Source of the DNA: an uncultured Gemmatimonadales bacterium
GTDB taxonomy: Bacteria > Gemmatimonadota > Gemmatimonadetes > Gemmatimonadales > GWC2-71-9
DNA: 64,000 bases
Assembly: GCA_963771275.1 (NCBI GenBank)
Contig: CAVYSW010000003.1
Location: forward strand, 768,001 to 832,000
Direction: 5' to 3'
In this document: positions 18,457 to 28,475 of the stretch, piece after piece
Numbering within the stretch: position 1 is the stretch's first letter
How the letters are laid out: each line of letters begins with the position of its first letter
Notes under the pieces: generated by a model
The model's database searches: none
Seen by the model: the letters and a program-made list of their open reading frames with translations, nothing else
Told to the model about the DNA's origin: nothing
Program-made: the position numbers and the translations under genes

Positions 18457-19134
18457 ATGCGATCCAGTTTCCCCGTGCTCGCACTCGCCCTCGTCGCATG
18501 CAACAGCGAGGCGCCGACGGGTTCCACCGGGGCAGCCAGGCTACGCGTCGTGAATACGCTGCCGAGCGTGCCGGCGGTCGACGTCCTGGTGGCCGGTCAG
18601 GTCGTCATCGCGAACCTGTCGTTTGGGTCCGCGAGCGCGGTCACGGCCGTGCCGGAGGGCACGCAGCTCGTGGCATTCCGGCCGAGCGGCGGCAGCGCCG
18701 GGCCGGGCACGGCGCTCCTGCTCCCCCCCGACGATACGACCACCATCCTGACGGTGGACTCGTCCACCATCATCAACCCCTGGGTCCTGAGCGACAGCAA
18801 CGCGACGGTCCCGGCCGGCCGGACGAAGCTCCGCGCGGTGCACTTCGCGGAAGCCGCCCCCGGCCTCCTCGTGTGGCGCACGCAGCCCGACTGGGGGACG
18901 TTCATCACGATCCAGTTCCCGTTCCCCTACCGCACGGCCACGCCCTATGTCGAGAGCGATCCGGGCAACTGGCAATTGCTCGTCTCCACCGAAGCCTACG
19001 TCGGCGGTCAGCCCGTCGTGTCGGACACGCTGGCCCTTTCCGACGTGATCGCCGTGCCCGCGGGGGAGTCCCGGACGGTCATTCTGATGGACGACGGGAG
19101 CGGCGGTGTGAGGCTGGTGGTGATCGGGCCTTGA
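18457..19134 (+). CDS. DUF4397-like lipoprotein
   Basis: Lipobox LVAC; two repeats RLRVVN...PAVDV and KLRAVHFA. Confidence 0.75.
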   Translation: MRSSFPVLALALVACNSEAPTGSTGAARLRVVNTLPSVPAVDVLVAGQVVIANLSFGSASAVTAVPEGTQLVAFRPSGGSAGPGTALLLPPDDTTTILTVDSSTIINPWVLSDSNATVPAGRTKLRAVHFAEAAPGLLVWRTQPDWGTFITIQFPFPYRTATPYVESDPGNWQLLVSTEAYVGGQPVVSDTLALSDVIAVPAGESRTVILMDDGSGGVRLVVIGP

Positions 19135-19196
19135 GGGCGCAGCGCCTGGCTCGACAACCTCAAGGGCCGGCTCGAAGCCGGCGGGACGGCTCGGTC

Positions 19197-20165
19197 ATGA
19201 CACAGCTCTCGCGCCGCAGCTTCGTGAGCGGCTCCGCTTCCTGCGCCGCGCATCTCGTCCTCGTCGCCGCGGTGACCCCGCGGGCGCTGCGCCGCCTGTG
19301 GGCGCAGGCCCAGCAGGAGGGGTCGGTGGTGGCCCGCGAGCCGTTCGGCTATCTCGAGCGAGTCACGGACGGCATCTGGGCGCTGATCTCGACACCGTTG
19401 AACGGCGACCGCACCACGGTGGCCAACGGCGGCATCGTGGCGGGCCGTGACGGCGTGCTGGCGATCGAGGGACTGTACCAGCCGCAGGGGGCGGCGTGGC
19501 TGGCCGGCAAGGCGCGGGAGCTGACCGGCCGCTGGCCCACGCACGTGGCCATCACGCACTACCACGCCGACCACGCCAACGGTGTCGCGGGCTACTTCAC
19601 CGACCAGGCGCGGCCAGCCGTCCGCGCGACCGGGACGACGCGCGACCTGGTGCTGGAGCGGAACCAGCCCGCCGACGAGCCGCGCACCGCGGCCTTCCAG
19701 GGCGCCGCGCTGCTGTCCGCCACCGATGCCACCGTGCTCGATCTGGGCGGCCGGGTCGTGCGGGTGATCCCGCGCAGCGGGCACACCGCGAGCGACGTCT
19801 CGCTCGAGATCGACGACCCGAGCGTCGTGTTCTGCGGCGACCTGTTCTGGAACGCGATGTTCCCGAACTACGTGGACGCGATGCCGACCGTGCTGGCCGC
19901 GTCGGCGCGAGCGCTGCGCCGCGCGCGGGAGACCGTCTACATCCCCGGGCACGGCGCCGTGGGTCGCGCGCCGGAGTACGATCGCTACACGGCCATGCTC
20001 GACGAGGTGGAACGGGCGGCCCGGCGCGCCCACGGCCAGGGGCTCAGCGCCGCGCAGGCGGGCGAGGCGTTCACGCTCCCGCCGTCGCTCGGGGAGTGGG
20101 CATTGTTCAACAAGGCGTTCTTCCAGCGCGCGTTCGAGGCATGGTACCGGGAGCTGAGCGGGTAG
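19197..20165 (+). CDS. Tat-exported MBL-fold metallo-hydrolase
   Basis: SRRSFV twin-arginine motif; THYHADH, GHT..D, GDL, PGHG. Confidence 0.9.
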   Translation: MTQLSRRSFVSGSASCAAHLVLVAAVTPRALRRLWAQAQQEGSVVAREPFGYLERVTDGIWALISTPLNGDRTTVANGGIVAGRDGVLAIEGLYQPQGAAWLAGKARELTGRWPTHVAITHYHADHANGVAGYFTDQARPAVRATGTTRDLVLERNQPADEPRTAAFQGAALLSATDATVLDLGGRVVRVIPRSGHTASDVSLEIDDPSVVFCGDLFWNAMFPNYVDAMPTVLAASARALRRARETVYIPGHGAVGRAPEYDRYTAMLDEVERAARRAHGQGLSAAQAGEAFTLPPSLGEWALFNKAFFQRAFEAWYRELSG

Positions 20166-20199
20166 CGCGGCGGGGCGCCGACACCGCCGAGGGGGGCTG

Positions 20200-20955
20200 A
20201 TGTCCTGGGGCCGCTCGAGGTCACGCTCCCGCGTGCGCCCCGTGATCGCCGCCGCGCTGCTGCTGGCCGTGACATTCGCCTGCGGCGACCCGCATCCGGC
20301 CGGGAGCACCGTGCGCGTGCTCTTCGTCGGGAACAGTCTCACCGTTGCCAACGATCTCCCGGGTCTCGTCGGGGCGCTGGCGGAAGCCGGCGGCGCGGTC
20401 ACGATCACGACCCGCGACGTGAGCCAGGGGGGCTACTCGCTTGAGGACCACTGGGCGACGCCCGCGTCGCGCGACGCGCTCGCCCAAGGCGGCTGGGACG
20501 TGGTGGTGCTGCAGCAGGGCCCGTCGGCGCTGCCCGAGAGCCAGGTGGACCTGGCCCAGTGGGCCGGCACCTGGGCGGACGCGATCCGCGCGGAGGGGGG
20601 GACACCGGCTCTCTCCATGGTGTGGCCCGAGCGCGCACGCCTCAGCGCGTTCGACTCGGTGAGCACGTCCTATCGGAACGCGGCTCAGCAGGCCACCGCG
20701 CAGCTCTACCCCGTGGGCGACGCCTGGCAGGCCGCGTGGCGGCGCGACCCGACGCTCGCGCTCTACGGACCCGACGACTTCCATCCCAGCCTGATGGGAA
20801 GCTACCTCGCGGCGCTCGTCATCTACCGCGGGATCACCGGCCGCGATCCCCCGTCGCTGGACATCGGCATTCCGGCGCAGTTCGAGTCGACCCTTCAGGC
20901 CGCGGCACGCGACGTGGCGGCCGCCACCGCCCCGCCGGCATCGGCGAGGTACTGA
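20200..20955 (+). CDS. SGNH/GDSL-like hydrolase, probable lipoprotein
   Basis: LFVGNSLT, WDVVVLQQ, DDFHPS; TFAC lipobox. Start codon uncertain. Confidence 0.8.
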   Translation: MSWGRSRSRSRVRPVIAAALLLAVTFACGDPHPAGSTVRVLFVGNSLTVANDLPGLVGALAEAGGAVTITTRDVSQGGYSLEDHWATPASRDALAQGGWDVVVLQQGPSALPESQVDLAQWAGTWADAIRAEGGTPALSMVWPERARLSAFDSVSTSYRNAAQQATAQLYPVGDAWQAAWRRDPTLALYGPDDFHPSLMGSYLAALVIYRGITGRDPPSLDIGIPAQFESTLQAAARDVAAATAPPASARY

Positions 20956-21040
20956 GCCCATTCCACAGGCGTCGCTCACCCGGACTTGTCCGAATCCCCC
21001 GGGCCCCACACCTTAGACCACCTTCCCCGAGGATCACGCG

Positions 21041-21436
21041 ATGGCTCATCCCGACCCCGACCCCATTCTCGCGCCGCTCAAGGGCGCGGAGCACCGCGAA
21101 GCTGGCGGTGTCGAGCTCGATATCGCCCACGTCGGGGCGGGGCGCCTCAAGCGCGCGGTCTATCCTCCGGGGTTCCGCTGGTCGATCGACATGAAGCCGC
21201 TGGTGGGCACCGACCTCTGCATGCATGCGCACGTGGGCTTCCTGGCGCGCGGGCGGATCGGGATACGCTACCGCGACGGCTGCACGAAGGAGTTCACGGC
21301 GCCTCAGGTGGTGGCCATCGAGCCGGGGCATGACGGCTGGGTCGTGGGCGACGAGCAGGCGGTGCTGATCGAGTTCGACTTCGCGGGCGACACGGCGCGC
21401 CGGTTCGGGATGGCCGAGGAGCACCGTCACGCCTGA
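21041..21436 (+). CDS. Cupin-domain protein
   Basis: PGFRWS...CMHAHVG...PGHDGWVVGDE. Confidence 0.8.
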   Translation: MAHPDPDPILAPLKGAEHREAGGVELDIAHVGAGRLKRAVYPPGFRWSIDMKPLVGTDLCMHAHVGFLARGRIGIRYRDGCTKEFTAPQVVAIEPGHDGWVVGDEQAVLIEFDFAGDTARRFGMAEEHRHA

Positions 21437-21442
21437 GCGACC

Positions 21443-23772
21443 TCACCGCCCCGGTCTGCCGCCCGCGTCTCTCGGCCGCATCTCGTACTCGCGTGGCGGC
21501 TCGGCGCCGAGCAGGTAGCGCACGAAGTAGTCCCAGCGGCGCCGCACCATGTACGGCTCGCCGCCGAATCCGTGGCGGCGGTTGGGCAGCGCCAGCAGGT
21601 CGAAGTCCTTGTTGGCCGCGATCAGCGAGTCGACCACCACCAGCGTGTTGTACGGCGGCACGTTGTTGTCCATCGTGCCGTAGGCAAGCAGCAGCCTGCC
21701 CTTGAGGCTCCTGGCCACGTTCTGGTTGGCCTGATTGTCGTAGTTGGTGGTGCCGTCGGGGTTGCGCACCAGCAGCCCCTGCCACTTCTCGCCCCAATCG
21801 TCCTCGTAGATGCGGTTGTCGTGGTTGCCGGCTTCCGAAATGCCGACCTTGAAGAAGTCCGGGTAGCGGAACATCGCGTCGGCGGCGGCGTACCCGCCGC
21901 CCGAATGCCCGTAGATCCCCGCGCGATCGAGGTCGATCCAGCGGTACCGCGCCGCCAGCTGGCGCATGCCGGCGACCTGATCCGGCAGCCCGTTGTCGCC
22001 CATGGCGCCGTAGTACGCGGCGTGGAACGCCTGGGACCGCATCGGCGTCCCCATCGCGTCGATCTCCACCACGACGAAGCCCAGCTCCGCCAGCGCCTGC
22101 GCGTCGCCGCGCGCCGCCGAGAAGCTCCGGCCTCCCGACGCTCCCGGTCTGCGGGCCCGGGATAGATGTGGTTGACGATCGGGTACTTCGCGGCGGAATC
22201 GAGGCGGGTAGGCACGAACATCAGCCCGTAGAGATCCGTCTTCCCGTCCCGCGCCGTCACCGTGATCGGCACCGGGGGCTTCCAGCCGGTGGCGAGCAGA
22301 CTCGCGATGTCGGCCTGCTCGAGCGTGGCGAGCGTCTTGCCCGTCGCATCACGCAGCAGCGACACCGGCGCCGTGGTGGGCGTGGAGTAGACGTCCACGA
22401 AGTAGCGGCCCGACGGCGACAGCGTGACTTCGTGGTCGGCCGCCTCCGGCGTGAGGAGCGTGAGACCGGTACCGTCGAACCGCACGCTGTAGAACCGCCG
22501 GAAGTACGGATCGCCCGGCTCGCGGCCCGCGCCGGTAAACCAGAGGGTGCGCTGGGCGTCGTCCACCCGCAGCACCTGGAGCACGTTCCACGCGCCGCTC
22601 GTGACCGGGTGCTTCAGCCGCCCCGTCGCGAGATCGTAGAGGTACAGGTGCCCCCAGTCGGAGCGCTCCGAGAACCACAGCAGCTCGTTCGTGCCAAACA
22701 GCGCGTGCCAGTTGACGCGGTTGAACCCCGACTCGAAGAACGTCGGGGTCGTCTCCTCCAGCACGTCGCGCACCGCGCCGGTCGCGGGATCCGCGACCCG
22801 CACCTGCTCGCGCTGGTGATCCCGCGACGTCGACACGAAGATCAACTGTGAGCCGTCGGGGCTCCACTCGACGTCCGCCCAGTCGCCGCCACGGCACGCG
22901 ATATGGTCGCACAGGCTCGAGCGGTGCTGATCGGGCGGCATCTGGAGCCGGACGACCCGTGGCCCGTCCAGCTCGATGATCACCCGCTCGATCATCGAGA
23001 CGATGCTGTCCCCGGGGAGCGGGTACTTCCATTGCTCGAGCACGGGATGGCCCACCCGCGTTTGCACCACGTACATCTCCCCCACCCCGCGCTGGTCCTG
23101 CTGGAACGTCGCAATCCGCTTCGCGTCGGGAGACCACAGCAGGATCGGCCGGTCGCTCCTGACCCAGCCGGCGTTGTCGGTCGCATAGCCGAAGTCCGCG
23201 ACGCCGTCGGTCGTGAGCGGCGTCTCCGTGCCGGAAGCCGCGTCGCGAATCCACAGGTTGTTGTCGCGGATGAACGCCGCCTTGGTGCTGTCGGGTGACA
23301 CCACCGCGGTGCGTGGCGCGCGCGCGCGCCGCCCCGTCTCCGCCGCGCACCGGGCCCCGCGCGCGTCGCACGTCCAGCGGCGGCCCGCGGCGTCGAACAC
23401 GATCGCGCGGCGGTCCGCCGAAAACGCGAACTGCGTGAACGGCAGGTGGAACGGATCGTACGTCGTGTCGGACGCCCGCGAGAGCGCCGCGGCCAGCGCG
23501 ACGTGGTCGAAGGCGCGCGCCCGGGTCCGCCGTCCCGGATCGACCATGACGAACTCGTTGCCTTCCGGAATCGCGTTGCGGTACCAGAACCGGTCGCCCG
23601 CGAGCCAGGTGGGGCGCACGGCCCCGCGGTAGACCAGCGGCGTCGTGTTGTATCCCATGAACCGCTCGGCCCGGGCGTAGTCGTCGGCCGTGAGCGCGCG
23701 CGGGGCGGGCTGCTGCGCGGCGACGGAGTGGACGGCGGCGAAGGCCGCGAGCAGTATCGCACGGTATCGCAT
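21443..23772 (-). CDS. S9 family (DPP IV-like) peptidase, frameshifted near 22130-22162 in this sequence
   Basis: N-part in ORF 21622..23943 (true start MRYRAILL at 23772); catalytic part in ORF 21443..22072 (GHSGGG, DNNV, H). Removing two extra homopolymer bases restores HIYPGPQTGSVGGRSF. Confidence 0.85.
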
Positions 23773-23943
23773 CGTGACCTGCGTGGTGAGGGGGTGCCTG
23801 ATCGGGACCGCGTCAAAGTATGCCGGCGCGCGCAACACCCGGCAACCGCCGCGGGCTCCCTCCCTTGCCCTCCGCCTGTACCCCGCTGCAGGTTCCCCCG
23901 GCCACCAGCCCGGACGCGCCTGGCGTACACCGAGAGAACTCAC

Positions 23944-25035
23944 ATGCGGACGCTGCTCACGCTGCTCGCGATCCCGTCACTTGTCACGGCCTGCAGTGCC
24001 GGACCCGAGGGATTGGGCGACGCCGGGGAGGCCCGCGTCGCCGCGTTGCTGGGCGACTACACGGGCGGCGACCGCCCCGGCGCGTGCCTGCTGGCGCGCC
24101 GTGGGGGCGCGGTCGTCTACCAGCGCTGCTTCGGGTTGGCCGAGCTGGAGACGGGCCGGGCGGCGACGCCCGAGACCAACTTCCGGCTGGCCTCGCTCAC
24201 CAAGCAGTTCACCGCCACGGCCGTGCTCCGGCTCGTGCAGAACGGCGCGCTGACGACGACGACCACGCTGCGCGAGGTATTCCCCGACTTCCCGCCCTAC
24301 GGCACCGCGATCACGCTGCACCACCTCATGACGCACACGTCCGGGCTGATCGATTACGAGGATCTGCTGGGGGCGGACACCACGGAGCAGATCATGGATG
24401 CCGGCGTGCTTGCCTTGATGATCGCCCAGGACTCCACCTACTTCCCGCCGGGCAGCGCGTTCCGCTACAGCAACTCGGCCTACGCGGTGCTGGCGCAGGT
24501 CGTCGAGCGGCGGAGCGGGATGCCGTTCGCGCGCTACCTCGAAACGACGATCTTCGATCCGCTCGGCATGACGAACACCGTGGCGCACGAAGCCGGCGTC
24601 ACCACCGTGGCGCACCGCGCGTACGGCTACTCCCGTCTGGCCGACGGGACGTGGGCCCGCACCGACCAGAGCCCCACCAGCGCGGTGCTGGGTGACGGGG
24701 GGATCTACTCGTCGCTCACGGACCTGAGCCGCTGGCTGGCGGTCATGGAGGGCCGCGCGCGGCTGCTCGATCCGGCGATCGCGGCGCGCGCCGTCGAGGA
24801 GGCGCGGCTCAACGACGGGGCGGGGGCGGGCTACGGGTATGGGTGGTTCCTCGACGAGTACCGCGGCCACCGACGATACCGGCACGAGGGCAGCACCATC
24901 GGGTTCCGTAACGCCGTCCAACGGCTGCCCGACGTCGACCTGACGGTGCTGTTGCTCTCCAATCGCAACGGGATCGACTCGACGCTGGCGGACGCGCTGG
25001 TGGACGTGTTGCTGGAGCGCTACCGGGGGTCCTGA
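23944..25035 (+). CDS. Serine hydrolase (beta-lactamase/PBP-like) lipoprotein
   Basis: Lipobox VTAC; FRLASLTK (SxxK), HTSG, YSN, HEG. Confidence 0.9.
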   Translation: MRTLLTLLAIPSLVTACSAGPEGLGDAGEARVAALLGDYTGGDRPGACLLARRGGAVVYQRCFGLAELETGRAATPETNFRLASLTKQFTATAVLRLVQNGALTTTTTLREVFPDFPPYGTAITLHHLMTHTSGLIDYEDLLGADTTEQIMDAGVLALMIAQDSTYFPPGSAFRYSNSAYAVLAQVVERRSGMPFARYLETTIFDPLGMTNTVAHEAGVTTVAHRAYGYSRLADGTWARTDQSPTSAVLGDGGIYSSLTDLSRWLAVMEGRARLLDPAIAARAVEEARLNDGAGAGYGYGWFLDEYRGHRRYRHEGSTIGFRNAVQRLPDVDLTVLLLSNRNGIDSTLADALVDVLLERYRGS

Positions 25036-25216
25036 TCGCCTCCGGGGACGCGCCGCCCCGCGCGGGGCATTGCCGACAATTTCACCCCCTGTTTCGCCCC
25101 CGACGCGGCCCGTAGCTTTGGGAGGGCCGCGATTCGAGATTGCTATCACGGTTTCGCGGCAGGGTGGCGTCATCTCCCGGGACCGGGGGGGCCGCCCCAG
25201 TCCCAGGCGGGGAACG

Positions 25217-26722
25217 ATGCAGATCATCTGCGTGTCGCGCGGGTCGCTGTCGCGCGGGAAGGAGCTCGCGCAGCTCCTCGCCGCGAAGCTGGACTTCGCG
25301 CTGCTCAGCCGTGAGGACCTGACCGAGGCGGCCATCAAGGAGGGCATCCAGGTCGGGAAGCTCGAGACCAGCATGATGAAACCGGGCCGGTTCACCGAGC
25401 GCCTGGCCCGCGAGCGGGATCATTTCCTCGCCTTCTGCACCGCCTACCTCTGCGACAAGATCCGGGACGCGCCGCTGGTCTACCACGGCCGGACCGGGCA
25501 TCTCCTGCTCCGCGGGGTCGGCAACGTGCTCCGCATCCGCGTGGTGGCCGACGAGGAGTATCGCATCCAGGCGGCGATGCGGAACCTGGGCGTCGATCGG
25601 GAAAAGGCTCGCCGCTACCTGACCGAGGTCGAGACCGACCGGCGCAACTGGGTGCGCTTCATGTACGCCGTCTCGTGGGAGGACGCGCTGCAGTACGACG
25701 TGACGGTGAACGTCGAGCAGATGCACGTCGCGAACGCCGCCTCCGCGCTCGTGAGCATGGCGCAGCTCCCGGACTTTCAGATGACCCCCGCGTCCCGGCG
25801 GGCGCTGGACGAGCTTTACCTCTGCGCCAAGGCGCGCCTGCTGCTGGCCCGCGACGAGCACACGTTCCGGGCCGGCTTCTCGGTGAAGATCCACGACGGA
25901 GTGCTGACGGTCACCTACCTCCCGAAGGACGTGGAGGTGGCCGACGACGTCGCCCGGGTACTGGGGCCGCTGGAGGGGGTCCGGGAGATCCGCTCCACCA
26001 TGGCGACCACGAACATCCTCTGGGTCCAGGAGGCGTTCGATCCGCGCTCGGAGACGTTCGACGAGGTGGTGGAGATCGCGCGGAAGTGGAATGCGGCGGT
26101 CGAGCTGGTGCGCTACGCCGTCGGCGGCGCGACCGGGGAGCCCGCACCGGGCGCCGGGCCGGCGGCAGCCGCCCAGCGCACCGCCGAGGCGGGCATCGAA
26201 GACGACGTGGAGGAGGACGTCCCCGACCAGGGCGGTCTCAAGGCCACGCTCGACGAGCTGGCGAAGGTCGGGAGATCCGGCGGAGGACGCAGCGTCTCCG
26301 GCGAGCGCGCGCACCTGCTGGCGTCCTGCTGCAACTCCGTGCCGTACTCGTTGGTCGTGGTGGGGAACCTGTTTCTCGACAAGGGGCGGGCCGCCAAGGT
26401 CCGGCTGACCCGTGAGCTCCAGGACTCGATCGGCAGTCGCATGCGGATTCCCGTCGTGACGGCCGACGAGCTGCGGGCTCACTACCTGTTCGGCCGGCGG
26501 GATCTGGTCCGGCTCGTCGGATTCCTCGCGTTGGTCGCGGCGCTCTACGTGGTCGTGTTCGCCAACCAGGCGCAGGTTCTGGAGTTCCTGTCGATCGGAC
26601 TCACGGGACGGCCGCTCGCCAAGGCGCTCGTGGCCGCCGCGGTGTTCCTCCTGAGCCCGATCATCGCGATCTCCTACGGCACCGTGGCGCGCTCGGTGAT
26701 GAAGCTGATCAAGATGGAATGA
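25217..26722 (+). CDS. Cytidylate-kinase-like family protein with extra soluble domains and two C-terminal TM helices
   Basis: IICVSRGSLSRG, VYHGRTGH, LRIRVVAD, R..WVRFMY...YDVTVN match the CMK-like family; the last ~75 aa contain two hydrophobic helices. Confidence 0.8.
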   Translation: MQIICVSRGSLSRGKELAQLLAAKLDFALLSREDLTEAAIKEGIQVGKLETSMMKPGRFTERLARERDHFLAFCTAYLCDKIRDAPLVYHGRTGHLLLRGVGNVLRIRVVADEEYRIQAAMRNLGVDREKARRYLTEVETDRRNWVRFMYAVSWEDALQYDVTVNVEQMHVANAASALVSMAQLPDFQMTPASRRALDELYLCAKARLLLARDEHTFRAGFSVKIHDGVLTVTYLPKDVEVADDVARVLGPLEGVREIRSTMATTNILWVQEAFDPRSETFDEVVEIARKWNAAVELVRYAVGGATGEPAPGAGPAAAAQRTAEAGIEDDVEEDVPDQGGLKATLDELAKVGRSGGGRSVSGERAHLLASCCNSVPYSLVVVGNLFLDKGRAAKVRLTRELQDSIGSRMRIPVVTADELRAHYLFGRRDLVRLVGFLALVAALYVVVFANQAQVLEFLSIGLTGRPLAKALVAAAVFLLSPIIAISYGTVARSVMKLIKME

Positions 26723-26750
26723 CCGCCCGCGCGGGGCGAAAGAGGACGGC

Positions 26751-27848
26751 ATGATGGACCCGGTTCTGCTGCACCAGCACTTCGTCAACATCGACATGTT
26801 CGAAGCGTTGCAGGTCGTCGTCCTCGGGCTGATCGGCGGCACGCTGTCGGGCTTCATCGGCAGCGGCGGTGCGTTCTTCATGACGCCGGGCATGATGAAT
26901 CTCGGCGTGCCCGGCGTGGTGGCGGTCGGCAGCAACATCACGCACAAGTTCGGGAAGGCCATGATCGGCTCGCGGAAGCACAGCGAGCTGGGCAACGTGG
27001 ATAAACGCCTGGGGGCGTTTCTCATCGTGACGTCGTTCATCGGCATCGAGATCGCCGTCTGGATCAACAGCAAGCTGTTCGAGGGGGCGGACGGGCACGG
27101 CATGGGCGGCAGCGCGGCGGCCGACCTCTACATCAGCATGGTGTTCATGTGCATCCTCTCGGTGGTCGCGATCTCGATGCTGCGGGACGCGTTGCGCTCG
27201 GGCAGCCTGCAGGGCGAGGTGGGGCCGTCGATGCGGATCGCCCGCTTCCTCGCGAGCCTGCACCTGCCGCCGTATGTCTCCTTCCCGGTCGCCGACGTGC
27301 GCGTCTCACTCTGGATCCTCATGCTGGTCGGGTTGGCGACGGGCTACCTCGCGGGCACCATCGGCGTCGGGGGGTTCATCGGCGTGCCCTCGATGATCTA
27401 CGTGTTCGGCGTGCCCACGGCGGTGGCGGCCGGCACGGAGCTCTATCTGGCCGTGTTCATGGGCGGCTGGGGCGCGCTCAACTACGCCTTCCAGGGGTTC
27501 GTGGACATCCGGCTGACCATGCTGCTGTACCTGGGATCGCTCGTGGGCATCTACGTCGGCGTGTACGGCACGAAGGTCGTGAAGGAGATCGTCATCCGGA
27601 TCGTGACAGGCGTCATCATCCTGCTGTGCGTCGTGAGCCGCGCCGTGGCCGTGCCCGCCTATCTGCGGCAGCTCGGCTGGCTCGACACGGACCCGGCCTG
27701 GGACGTGTACTACAACACCGCCAGCAAGGTGATGCTGTTCGTCGCGGGGATCGCGGGATGCCTGATCATCTTCTACCACGTGATCCGGTCGTACCGGCAG
27801 CGACTTCGCCTGCAGCATCAGCTCACCGAAGCGCGGGCGGCGGCGTGA
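26751..27848 (+). CDS. TauE/SafE (TSUP) family anion transporter
   Basis: SGFIGSGGAFFMTPGMM and GTIGVGGFIGVP internal repeats; about 9 TM helices. Confidence 0.9.
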   Translation: MMDPVLLHQHFVNIDMFEALQVVVLGLIGGTLSGFIGSGGAFFMTPGMMNLGVPGVVAVGSNITHKFGKAMIGSRKHSELGNVDKRLGAFLIVTSFIGIEIAVWINSKLFEGADGHGMGGSAAADLYISMVFMCILSVVAISMLRDALRSGSLQGEVGPSMRIARFLASLHLPPYVSFPVADVRVSLWILMLVGLATGYLAGTIGVGGFIGVPSMIYVFGVPTAVAAGTELYLAVFMGGWGALNYAFQGFVDIRLTMLLYLGSLVGIYVGVYGTKVVKEIVIRIVTGVIILLCVVSRAVAVPAYLRQLGWLDTDPAWDVYYNTASKVMLFVAGIAGCLIIFYHVIRSYRQRLRLQHQLTEARAAA

Positions 27849-27864
27849 GCAGAGAGGAGGGCGC

Positions 27865-28470
27865 ATGGGAGGCGTGAAGAAGAAGATCGAGGACTGGATG
27901 GTCAGGGTCTCGTTCGCGGAGGCGGACGCGGCCGACGAGGGGTTCGCGGTCACGGGGATGGAAGTGGACAGAAAGACCAGGCTCGCGCTGGATCGCGTCA
28001 AGATCGTGCGGAGCGAACGGACGGCAGGCGGGCAGACGGGGGACACCATGGCAGGCGCGGATGAGGAGACCGGCGAAGCCGGCGGCGGGGCGCTGAGCGT
28101 ACTGATCCTCGACGACGAGCCGATCGTGGGGAAGCGGCTGCGCCCACAGCTGGAGAAGGCGGGATTCGAGGTCGAGTGCTTCGAGTCCCCCACCGAGGCC
28201 CTGGCCCGCATCGAGCAGAAGGAGTTCGACATCGTGGTCACGGACCTGCGGATGGAGGGGATGGACGGCATCCAGATCCTCGAGCACATCATGGAACACT
28301 GCAAGCGGACTCGGGTGATCCTCATCACCGGCTACGCCACGGTGGAGGTGGCCCGCGAGGCCCTGGTGAAGGGCGCCTTCGACTTCATCGCGAAGCCGTT
28401 CAAGCCCAAGGATCTGCGCGCCGTGGTCAGCAAGGCCGCACTCTCGCTCGGGCACAAGGCGGTTCTCTAG
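27865..28470 (+). CDS. Stand-alone response regulator (receiver only) with N-terminal extension
   Basis: SD GAGGAGG; ILDDE, VTDLRM, ITGY, AKPF; no output domain; second possible ATG at 28048. Confidence 0.85.
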   Translation: MGGVKKKIEDWMVRVSFAEADAADEGFAVTGMEVDRKTRLALDRVKIVRSERTAGGQTGDTMAGADEETGEAGGGALSVLILDDEPIVGKRLRPQLEKAGFEVECFESPTEALARIEQKEFDIVVTDLRMEGMDGIQILEHIMEHCKRTRVILITGYATVEVAREALVKGAFDFIAKPFKPKDLRAVVSKAALSLGHKAVL

Positions 28471-28475
28471 GCCGC

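Noticed and set aside
22125..22165. Programmed ribosomal frameshift in the S9 peptidase
   Set aside because: Two separate +1 events would be needed and there is no slippery heptamer; sequencing error is simpler.
23944..25035. Antibiotic-resistance calls for the serine hydrolase and the MBL-fold protein (19197..20165)
   Set aside because: Only fold-level motifs are present; these families are mostly peptidases or esterases and there is no mobile context.
25120..25145. Sigma54 promoter upstream of the TauE locus
   Set aside because: TTGC is present but there is no GG at the required -24 spacing.
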